A stretch of 64,000 nucleotides of DNA from Nymphaea colorata (lineage: Eukaryota), in contig NC_045138.2 in NCBI RefSeq assembly GCF_008831285.2, forward strand, positions 30,628,001 to 30,692,000. The letters run 5' to 3'. Each line of letters starts with the position of its first letter. Positions within the stretch are counted from its first letter, which is position 1. The position numbers were made by a program, and so were the translations under genes. The notes beneath the pieces were generated by a model. That model was given only the letters and a program-made list of their open reading frames with translations, was not told where the DNA came from and made no database searches. Shown piece after piece: positions 11,863 to 23,905 of the stretch.

Positions 11863-14800
11863 GTTGTATAGTTGTATTGCTTTCGTATTCAAGAAAATAA
11901 ATGCATTATTCATCAACATGCGACAAAGGCAGCATACAAATCCAATGGCATAATCTAGTTGTTGCTGACCTAATTGTGGTCAGCCAAACAATATAATCGC
12001 TTATTCACACATGTATACCGTGGAGTTAGTGGATCAAATTTTAAATAAAGATATCTGCAGTAGATTTCATAGATTTCACGGATAAGAAAGTGACCTCGTC
12101 TATCCATCAAGTGAGAAAAGATTATAGTTGAAAATCTTCTCCGATTCTTCCCTTTACGTTAAGGATTACCATGCTCGCACTCGAGTCAAAATTGAATAAA
12201 GTAAACCTCCAACTTGCAATTAACAAATGCACATTACGGATTCACAAACGTTGATAATGATTAGAAAGTCACTGATCACGGCATAATTGAGTTGAAAATG
12301 ATCACGCACTTACGAGAAAATGTGCAACGAAAAGATCAAATTATAAAACCAACAATGTTTTTAACAGGCACAAAATTGTCGGGACTTGCCAAAAGATGCA
12401 CTACAAGAAGATGGAAATGCCAATACGCCAATTTGTTAATAAAAGAAAGATCGCAATTTTGTTTGCAAGATTTGATTTGATAAACTGCATATACACCTAT
12501 CCACATAAAGAGCATATTCCATACAACTAAATAATAGATTGAGTGGAAGAAGATTAGTAGGGACAAAGCTAAGATATGAAAAAAAAAGCATCATTTGTAG
12601 ATCGTTTGACCTAAAGGGCCTATGCCCACATAAGAAAAAGATAAACTCTCTTTCTCTTATTTTCATTCCTCCACTACATCACAGAGTTAGACAAGTCAAC
12701 TTCTTAAAAAATATAGAGAAGATGGAGTTCTTTGAATGAAGATATCAAGGATAGGAGTGCGCTTTGTTATAAATTTTGCCGAAGTTGGCAACCCTCGTCA
12801 ACATGGCTGACTAAGATAAGGGACTTAGATGAATGCCATCAAATCAAATAATAGTGAGTTTTGGACGTTATAATTTGTATAAGCCTTAGCCACATGATGC
12901 TCATGCATGCATCGGTCCAACAAACAAGCAAAATGAACCTAACATGCATGTCGTGTTTAAATGTAGCTTCCTAAAGACATTAATTGATAAGAAGAGCAAT
13001 GTATTCTGGTAGCACATGTTTTAGGAGGACCATGTTCTTAAGTTAGAAGGCATATTGTGATTTATACATAAGCACACTATTTTTCTTAGGACAAGAACAT
13101 GATGCTCTTTAACTATGTGTTCAATAATCCTATGCTTTAAAATATTATGCAAAATTTTGTACTAAAGTCTTCTGACCAAAGTACTTCTGGAAATTAAGAT
13201 AACTGAAAAACCTTCTTGTTGATGTCCACAGTCAATTCTGCTTGATAAGCTAGCTGCTCATTCCGCAGCTTTCCAACTGACAGATTTTTCACACTAAGAA
13301 CCTGAAAATGATGAGGGATGAAAACTCTAACTGGTTCACAATGTGTGCTATATGGTCTTTTCACCAACTCTAAACTATATGGAAGAGTGGAACATATGAA
13401 AGATGGTAAAAGTACTTGAACAGTGGCATACCCAGGAAAAGCTAGGCAGTGGGTGAGCAGGGAAAGCAATATGTTGCCTAATAAGGGATGAGGAAAAATG
13501 TACTCTTAGCCATTACTACCCTACCACATCATGTATCATCTTTTGCATGCCTTCCATTTGCACTACCTAGAGCCTTCACATCAGCTGCATTCTACACATC
13601 ACATCATGTCATCAACTCCAATGTTCCACCCATTTTCTCTAGTCATATCATCATTTTGTTGAATACCATAATTGGCCCTTGCCCTCATTGATTTGTGAGT
13701 TCATGTCAGTGAAATCACATTGCTTTTATATTTCTTTATTGGCAAGCTGGAATTAGCTAGACTCCCACTAATGGCCTAAACAGGAGAATACAAGCAACTT
13801 GTGAGCTCTCTCTCTTTCTCTACTACCCAACTGTTTATTGAATTCTTTTCTTGGAAAAGTGCTCTTCTTAACAGGATTTGATGAAATTTATGGCATACTC
13901 CACCCATATAATTTCTTCCAAGTGAAATCGAGATATAGCAAGCAATAGCTGAAGATTTTGAAACGGAAAGAGATTAAGAAGCAAAAAAAAACCAGTGGAA
14001 GCCATCTTTTGGTAATTGCGGCCGGAGAATCCTCTCTGGCCGGTAGGTCCTACTGGTCGGAGAAGCATTAATGTGCAGGCCAACTAATTATTCCGGCGAC
14101 TTTTGGAGCAAGCAGATAATTTGATTTCTGGGAGCCCAAACTATTTATCCTTACTTTTTGATGATTGGTGACATAAAACGGTTCAAGCATGGGGTCCATA
14201 ATTAATTTCGTCAAACTAGTTCATGGAAGCTAGTTATCAAGGTGATCAAGCAGACTTTGTCCCAACCAAGTCCTAGACAAAAGCATGTCTCCTACTTGTT
14301 TGATTTGATAAGGCAAATTGTGCTTTCAAAAGAAAAACGGCTGCATTTAATAAAACCCGGACATGAGAGTATGGGTCCAAAGTTTTGGTTTTTCTGAAAA
14401 CCATAATCCGCAATTGAGGGGCACCAATATGTAAATAAAATAAATGCAGGCTCGTGTGGGCAATTGGGCGCCCCACAAGCCTAGCTGCACCTAGGTCCAC
14501 AAAAAATCATTCGTTGTGCATTGTGATTGATTATTGGTAGTGAAGCATGAGCAGACAAGCCAAGGATGAAACACCCTCTCTCGCTTTCTCTCTTATAAAT
14601 TCGATCCCATGAAGTTTTTAACAGTTTAACGTCATATCCTTCTTTTTAATTGATCTTTTCTTTATATATATAGTCTTTTGCATTTATGCATACTACGGAA
14701 ATTCATGAAAAAATAAACTGATAGAGACATGCATAAGAAGACAGTACATGACAATAATCAGTAGGTGCAAAAGCCCATACGCGCAAAGGCCAAATTCTGC

Positions 14801-15651
14801 TGCCTGGCTGGCTCTCTCTCTCTCTCTCTCTCAAGAGCTGACAACATACGGTAATGATCTGTGGGTGTCTGTGCAGTCCATAAGCTCTGCTCGCTGTCGT
14901 TGAGCAAAGAATCCAAGCGGCACCTCTCTCTCTCTCTAAATCACTTACTGCTGCCTGCTCAAGATATGAAGCAGGAAGAGTGTCATAACAAGGTACTTTG
15001 GCACAATATGCCTGTCTCTTGCTTTGAGCACTGTCCTCTTCTTCTCTCTACATTGGCGCAAGATGCTCTCCTTTTAAAGAGGGGAGAGACTGTCACCGGC
15101 CGGCCGGCCGGCCGTAGCCTTGCCGATGCGTCACAGCGCATCACATCGAACAGAGGCTCTCACATTTTAGAGAAAGGAGAGCTCCTTCTTTCTCTCTAAC
15201 AAACCTAACCAGAAGATGCTCCACATATCATATGCAGCCATATGTGCAGTCGTACGGGGCGATGTATATATGCCAACCTCCATCCATAATCTATTGTCCC
15301 CAAGATTTGCGGGTACACGCAAGTTTCGAGACAAGCAGTTAATTTTCTCTTTTTTCAAAAAATTATACTTGATTGACTTTTTTAAGAAAAAATTAATTAA
15401 TAAAAGGCATATTTTGGCATTTTAGTGAATTGAATATAGTTGGTTGTAGTTGTGACCCTTTTTTTGGACAAATAATATAATTGGATAGTTACCATATAAA
15501 TCTATGAACAAACGACCATATATAAAGTTTTAAACAAATAATCAACGGGGGTCTGACCTTTCAGGTGAGCGAAAGACTTATTACCAATCTATATAAAAAA
15601 AAAGAAGGCTGCCTTCCCCTCTCCTTCTATAAGCAGATGTGCCACGCCAAC

Positions 15652-16020
15652 TTGGGGATCAGGGCTTGGTTCGAACTCGCTCATGTAAGATGGACTCGAA
15701 CTTGATTCATTTAATAAATGAGTCGAGAGTCGAGTTCAAGTTTGAATTAAAACTCGAGTTATAAATTAAAACTGCATGATTTCGACTTATTTAAACTTGA
15801 CTCGGCTTGTATCTTCCTTGTTTGCTAATCCAAAGGGCATATCAGTCAGTAGTTTTCATACCATTTTGTGGTTTTCATCTTCATTTTTTTTAAATAAGAA
15901 TAAAGTGGCTTAAGCTTAAACAAGTTCACCTTGAGCTCCGACTTTCTTTATCGGGTCAAGCTTGAGCGAAGCAATATATGACTTGAGCTGAGCTTGGTGT
16001 TTGCTCAATGTACATCCCTA
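15652..16020. mobile_element. Degenerate hAT-type MITE (CTCGA-rich family)
   Basis: Same TTCGAACTCGCTC / GAGTCGAGTTCAAG motifs, ending TGTACATCCCTA. The left end is unclear. Confidence 0.6.
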
Positions 16021-19000
16021 CCCCTTCTGCTTGCTTCATGTATCATGGTTGCATTAATGCCTAGGGGAGGGTCATCACCTTAGGATCACACTTTCCCTTC
16101 AAGTTCAAGGGCATAGGAGAGTAACGCTCATAGGAATTGAACTGACGACACACCAGTAGCACGGAACAGGTTGCCGCAAAATCCAATCAATGGGCAGCTG
16201 GACTTCAAGTACTTCCAATAAAAATGTAATGGCAGAATGAGTTGTGGCAAGATCGCCGATTTGATTCAGTAACTCATTTTCACAACATTGACCAAAACAT
16301 TCACTGAGGTCCACACAGTTTGAATGTCTTCACCAACTCTGTTCCTCACAGAATATGTGGGGTTTAACGCGTTGCTAGTTGTCCGACAGCCACGGCCAGT
16401 AACAGTCCGGCAGTGCCAACATCTTAAATTTGCCACCAAAAAGAAAAAAAGAAATTGAAAGCATCAGCGTGGTTTATTTGCAAAGACACTTCCCAGAAAA
16501 ATAATGAGAATGTCATGGTCCATGTTTTGTCCCATTAAAACAGCCTCTGTCTCCATATTAAAACCGTGGAGCCCAGCTTCTAGCCACGGCCAAGCCTTTC
16601 TTCATCTCCCTTCGCTACAGAATGACACAGTCCAAAAATTATGTGTCATTCAAATAATATCGATACACAATCGATCGCTCCAAAGTTCTTCCTTTTTCAT
16701 CCTAACATATTGTAAAATGCAATAATTGGATTATCTGTTATTTTGTATCTCTAAACCAGTTCTGCTCTCTCTCCCTCTCTCATCTATTTTGATTTGCATG
16801 TGCCTAGAAATTTTGGATGTATTCATTAATATATATATGTGTGTGTGTGTGTGACAATCTATAAAAAGTTTATGCACTCTAATAATTGGCAGTTGATGAA
16901 AGTATACATCATGACCTGAACTTGTCCTATTAGCCTACTCCTTTTTCTGCTTTTTCTTTTGTATTGCCGCTACTAAGCTAACCTAATTAAGTTGAAATTG
17001 TTGGTAATTGTTGCTTTATAGCGCTTCTTGCTTTTCTCAGCTACCCATGATCCACTGTTCTTATTGGCTGCCTCAACCGGCAGATTCAGAGTTCTCTTTC
17101 TCATCCACTGTTCTTATTGTCTGCTTCAGCCTTGTTTTCAGGAAGATTGAGAACTCTCTTTCTCTCTCTCTCTCTCCCTTCTCTCATAGTATCCTAATAT
17201 GACAGCACAAATGCTAATTGGTTGGCATTTAACTCTAGACTAATTCAGTAGGTATATATTCAAATTATTTTTCTTGGGTACCTTTTGAAACCTCGTTGCC
17301 ATATTAATGTAACTCCAACAAGTTTTGAAGCGGCATAATATTTTGATTTTTTTCATAATCTATTACTGTCAGGCACTTAATGCTGTGCATTGTGTTCGTT
17401 TCTCTACTGCCCATTGCGAAATGCCACTCTGCAATTAACTAACTAACATTGTCGACAGATGAAAATATATAAAGTTATGACAATCTCCACAACGAAACTT
17501 TAATGTTATAGATTACCTTAACTAGAAATTTCATCCCACCAGCCGTCTTTTTAAGCAGTAGTTTTCAAGCATTAATTGCTGTTCCTTCCATTTGTTGGGT
17601 ATTAAATTCTCATCATGTGCGTGTCCCTATTGGACTACCAAGCTTAATTTCCTTTCTAGATCAAGCGGGAAAGAATTGACAGCATCATTCTATCGGCCGT
17701 TGTTTATGCTTCTTCCTTTTTGGATTTTGACACATTATACTCTTTTTCTCAAGTTTGAGATTCACAAGATTGAGACTGAATACGTAAATCTTTGAGTAGG
17801 TGGTGAAGGCAGTCAGGGACTGCTGAAAATACATATAATAAGAATGTATTTGAATCTCAGAGACAAATCACACGTTTCACAGGTTAGTAAATGGAGCATG
17901 GGATCCATATTGTAGAATTCTAAGTTCATTATTCAACATCTATTTTGGGTTTCATCATTCTAAGTTCACATATTTTAATTCTTTTTCTTATGATGGGTCA
18001 TATCCTGTCCCTCCTGAGTTGTCAAGTTTGTGAATATGGCCGATTCCAGCTGGTTTCTGATAATGATGCAGCCAAAGCCACATTTGCTGCAGCAGGAATT
18101 CAGCATCCGCTTTCTCTCCATAGCCAATCATGCTAATTGTTGAGTCTATCATCAGTCTTTGTTATGCTAAGAAGAAAATAATCATAAAGCAGAAGAGGAC
18201 AAGAAACAAGCAGACTATTATTTGTTTTTGCCTGCTGATGGGCTTTTTCATTCTGCTCTCTGTATTACTAGAAGGAGAAGACGATGACAGCGACGGCGAC
18301 GGTGGCATCATATATGCCATGAAAATGACCCAACATGTAAAGATAAGAACTACCATCTTTTAAATTTTTTGAACTGGTTGAGTTCCATGTATGTCTTCCA
18401 AGATATGCGGACCAGATTGAGCTAAAGAGTGAAAAGATAACACAGTGGACATTTCATTCATGATAATGGTTGTAGACCCTGCCTTGGGCTCCTTCTTTTG
18501 CCTGGCTTGGTGGGTCAGCTCCAACACCATGAGGGATGAAGGCTATTAGGTGGCAGTCGCCGGAGAAACAAGAACTTTCATTGCAGAGACAAAACTATAG
18601 TTTCAAAATTTTAACAAGCGTCAAAATATAATTTTTTAAAATTACAAATAATTTTTTTTTTTTTTTAAATCTGAGGAGGGGCCATGGCCCCTGCCAACCC
18701 CCCCTCCTGCCTCCGCCCTGCGGGCGCTAGAAAGATAGCACGCTGAGCGAGAAAAGACCGGCCGGAGACCGCCGTCTAAGTGTTTAATTAGCGCAGCCAA
18801 CTTAGTTAGTCGTGGGTATATATTTAGATTGGAATCCAGATTTTTTCTTCCACGATGCATTGATGTTTGTTTAGTACTTTTTTGTTCATGAAATTTGGAT
18901 TATTAAACGGATTTGGTCATCGTGATCTGATGCCTGAATTCCTGAAGAAGCAAACTCCAGTTTCTTGGTAATCAATTTCAGATGAATGGGATATATATAT

Positions 19001-20803
19001 GGCGGGACTCGATGTTGGTGCTTTTTACGTTTCTAAGCTGCAAGAGTACAGAAAATGCAAGCACAACAACTGCCATATTTCACAGTCCGCATTAATGCCC
19101 TTCATGATTCCTCATATATGTAAATGTTCTTTGACTAGATATCCTTATATACATGTGTAATAAGTACCAAAAATGTGCATGATCTCCCAATTCTTCTGTT
19201 TGGGATGATCATGCATGCTGTCATAGTGTCTTAATTAGACTCAACATGGTCCTGATCCATCTCCTTCTAACTACTAAGGAGAAGTAGATATACAATGACA
19301 CATCCTCGGGACAAACTGGCCGGAGCCTAGCTGCATGGAACAAATCTCCTGGTCGACAGTCATCGGCCTGAATTATCCGGTACTCAAATCAAATCGGTGG
19401 ACAAACTGTTCATCTCGGCCGCGGGCCGACAACGGAGAAATTTGCTCCGCGCCGTCACCATCTTAGAACTTACTCCGCAACCATAACATGGGGCCCTGGA
19501 GTTAAAGGCTGAGGCAAGAAGGGGCCATGCTGGTGTGGGTGCTGTTCCCTCTGTGTTGGGCCAATGTGTGCTGATGCCTTCACTTCCCTCTCCTTGGAGT
19601 CATGTTGCAGCCATTGTGGGGCTCTGTTGTACTAGAACAATTTGGCAAGCAACATGTGGGGACCTTGGCCCAGGTTTGAGCCAACCATGGGGACCTAACT
19701 TGATCAATGCGAAATGGGCCTCGACGGTCTGGTTGGGCTCAAAGGCAGCCTCTGTCATAGCTATCAATTAAACCTCATACTGCATCTTTGTGGAACAAAT
19801 GCCTTATCAAAAATGTAAACTCAAACACTTTCTCATCCTCACTTCTGCTACTTTTAACTTTTCTTTCAGATACAGAGATCCCACCACCTGGTCGCGCGCC
19901 CATGTGACTCCGACGAATTGCGGTTTTACATGTGTACTCAAAAACATTGTGCATTCAATTCCCCATGGGATCATCAAACTAGTGACTAATTGGAGCAAGG
20001 TCTTGTCGGCCAAGCTGCCATCTAGGAGAGAAGTTTAAGTCATGATCATGACTAATGCAAGTTTCAGACTATATGCATGTATCTTCTCAATGAGCAAATG
20101 TGATGACTATAAGCCTCAAAGGAACCATGCACAACCGGGTGGCAAGGTGGCTCGCACTCATCGGGTTTGAGGTTTCAATCATGTGGTCATCGTCACTATC
20201 CAGCGTGTTATTCCTATGGGCTGCAAACACTGTAATCGAGTTGAATAATGTACTATATGTCCATCTAAGACCCAAAGAAAGCCAGAATCTAAGCATAAGG
20301 GTAAGGCCTCTAAGGTCTTACCCAAAAGACCGGTGTTCCTTTAGTAAACATTAAACAAATATATAAGATGATTACATATATGTAGATTGATTATGAGTCC
20401 CGGGTTTAACTTGATTGATGTATGAATGGTTTATAAATCAGTTTACCTAGTCTTCACATTTACACATTTACTCAATCAAGATGTTTCCTGCACCAAAGAG
20501 ATCGAAGAGCAAGAGAGACAGAGACTCAACCTCCCCTGTTTGTGCGGGAGATTTACGAAGGAGTAGAAAAAGAATGGTTTGCACATTTACTTATACACAA
20601 AAACTCGTTACTTTTTGTTAATCAGGAGATCAAGTAGTTTTCTTCACTACCAAGTCACGTATGCATGTGATGATAGACAGCAACTTTTCTTCAACAGTCT
20701 CAAGTTTTTCTGATCCTGATCAGATTCTACCTGTTATACTTTTTTACATTTAAACAAAAATATAGAATATTATGTTTCAGATTTTGAATCTTTCTTACAC
20801 ATG

Positions 20804-20864
<61 letters not shown>

Positions 20865-23830
20865 GGCGATCTATTATGTGAAGTACTTAATCACTACAGA
20901 TCGACCATCTATCATTTGGATTGTAGATGTTGTGCCAGCTTTCTTTTGTTTATATTATCTTTTTAATTCACGAAGCTTTATCACAACTACAAAGAGCGAC
21001 CCAAATTTAATATGAGACCTTGACTGATACAGTATAGAGGTAACGAATGTGATGATCTAATGGTGGAACATGGACTTCTACCTAACACCATATTGCTTAC
21101 CATCTTTGAATCGCTGGAGATAAAGTAACTTCCCCATAACACACTCTACAACTAGAGCTGCAATCTCTCTCTCTCTCTCTCTCTCTCTATATACATATAT
21201 ATATATATAGTCTCCATGAAAAGAAAACGTTGTAAGAAACAGCATAATAAATAGAAGGCCGTACCTAAATAAGTCACATTCGTTTCCCCTATACTCTATC
21301 TGTCAAAATCTCGTATTGAACTCGCACTGAAATTAAACTTGATGAAGTTAAAAGGAATCGAACCGGGAACAAGGGATACCGACAACCGGCCTTTATTAGC
21401 ACATGCAGTGGCTCCTAATGCTCGTACTTCTTGCTGCATGTAGCAGAAGCAATGCACTGCAAGACTCGAACAAGATGAGTGCAAGCTACTCAACACCTAC
21501 ACCCCAATGCAATGAATTCAGCTTCACTTTGAGGCCTCAAACCCTAAAATAATGTCCCCATGCCTAACTCCTACACCTACCACTTAAAAAATGTCACCAC
21601 TTTTGGAGATGAAAAGATGGGACTAGCGCTACATTGATTTTGCCCAATTATTGTCTTGCTTGTGCGTGCGTGCGTGTGTGTGTCTGTGTGTGTGTATATT
21701 CGGAGCTAGAGCTAGTGGGTAGCCCTATATATGGAACCCAATTCTAGTGGCATAGAAAGAGACACCTCCTCTTTGGATGAGACAGTTTACCTTTTAATTA
21801 TATGGACTGGTGTTTGTATATTTTAATAATATAGCTTGTAGAATGAGCATGATGAATATAGTTTTTGATTCACAAAAAAAAACCTGGGGCTTGATTGGAT
21901 CTGGTCCAGATCCAATTCATCTCTCTTTGATCCAGTATCAAATTCCTTGGATCAAAACCCGATCCGTATCAGTTAGTCCTTGATGAAACCAAACAGGCTG
22001 AAACTGATTGCAGAGTATAAACAAGATCACTTCAGAAAGGTGGAACCGTGAAGTCCTTTCACACACCCACACACATGCACACACACATATTCCCACTTTA
22101 CTCTCATTTTGATATTAGTGATATTAGTCATGCCTCTTGTCATTTCTTGTTTGCAATTCTCATGCTCCATAAATAGTTCCCTCACACACGCATGCACATG
22201 CATGCATGCATGCATCCATGCATCCATTCACCTTTTCTCTCACACACATACACTTGTGTGTGTATTGTGTTTGTTTGGATGTTGTTAGATAACTAAAAAT
22301 TAAAAATTTATCACTATAAAACAGTTGTCACATAAGCATTAGCGACTGTTCATGATGCAGCAATGAATTATGGTGTTTGCAGCGACGGATTTTCAGTTTT
22401 AGCCCTCTAAAGTTTATATTTGCTTGATATTATGCAGACATCAGTTCTAATTACAAAAGTTGAAGTGCGCTGCATGTCTGCTTCAGCCTATTTCACCAAC
22501 CTTCATGTCGACCAGCGAGTACTCTCTATGCCTTTCGGTTAAAAAAAAAAATATTGACATCGAAATCATGTTTCTTCCATGTTTACATAAATTTATGACT
22601 TCCATATTGATCGAAGGGATTTTGAGGCTGAAGATCATCTCCTGTTGGTTTGTTTAAAGAAATTAGAGAAGTGCGTCCATGATGAACTCAAAGATTAATG
22701 GTTTAGCTTTCTGTTCCCACAACATCTTATCTAAAAATATTTTCATGGTACTTTCTGTCACTGTGTATATACTCTGAATCTACTGTTTGTGCTGATAGGT
22801 TAAGAGACATAATTTAAATCACCAGACAACATGATTGATATGCATATGTCATTGGAATTAATATTCCACATTTCGTCCATGCTGGTCTAATTGCAAAATA
22901 CACAGTTCGAAAACAATTATGAACTCAACTCCAATAAAAATGTATTCGCATCTCATAAATTAAAAAAAAAAAACAATGCTATCAATTAGTTTTGAACAAG
23001 AATAAGAAAATAGTTCATGAAAAGGGCGATATAGATATATCACCCACCTGCCCTCTCACAAATTCCATTTCTTTGCAAGTAAGTGCGTTTTTTTTATTGT
23101 CCAAACACTAGAAATATCATCTACATATATGCACACGATATAATATATATGTGTACATATTATTTATTAGAAACCAATTCTTGTCAGCATGCGTCATATA
23201 TAGCATCTCTCTTTCTCTCTCTAAACTGATGGCTCACATCGTGCATTGCAATACTTTGGAATAATGGCACTTTATTCATATATCCGTTCTCTACTTGCCG
23301 GGCATAGTTGATAAGTAGGCCATGAAATTTGTTCTCTACTTCCTGATCAATATGCCCATATTTTCTTCAAACGGATTCATGGACTATAGTGTTTCAAAGA
23401 ACAAACATTCCTGTTACCAAATGCCCTTTTATTGTTCTACCAGATCTGAAAGCAACAAATCAAACATACTCTTGGAGGACATTGGGTAAGAAGAACATTA
23501 TGTTCTTAAAACATTTATTCTCATAAGATTAACCTTATTGACAAAAGGTCGTGACAATGGTTCAGCTGCACATATTTGTGATTTGTGTTGCATACTGAGT
23601 CCTTGTTCATATTCAAATTGTAAATACAATCCAGTTCCATGCATATGAATTCAAGTTTATCCAGATTTATGCATTTAAAATCAGATTCACTGATCCATTA
23701 TTTTCCTATCTATTCTTCGGGTCCATTTATAAAGGAGACCATGTTTGCATTTTTTATTTTTGCTAGCTTGTTTATTTGCTTTCCTGCTTGTTTTCCTTGA
23801 GTTTCAAATAATGTTTTCTTCCTTCTCAAT

Positions 23831-23905
23831 GTCTTTTCGGAGGCATCTGATAGAATTGGAACGATACAGAGAAGATTAGTATGGCCCCTGCGCAAGATGA
23901 CACAC
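23831..23905 (+). pseudogene. U6: U6 spliceosomal snRNA pseudogene (3'-truncated)
   Basis: GTCTTTTCGGAGGCATCTGATAGAATTGGAACGATACAGAGAAGATTAGTATGGCCCCTGCGCAAGATGACACAC matches plant U6 from its 5' end, including the ACAGAGA box. The last ~25-30 nt are missing, AGC is changed to AGT, one G is deleted, and there is no upstream USE or TATA. Confidence 0.92.

Noticed and set aside
13261..13280. TTCCGCAGCTTTC resembling miR396
   Set aside because: Short imperfect match with no hairpin.
14557..14575. AGCCAAGGATGA resembling miR169
   Set aside because: Only the first ~12 nt match, the 3' half differs, and there is no star arm nearby.
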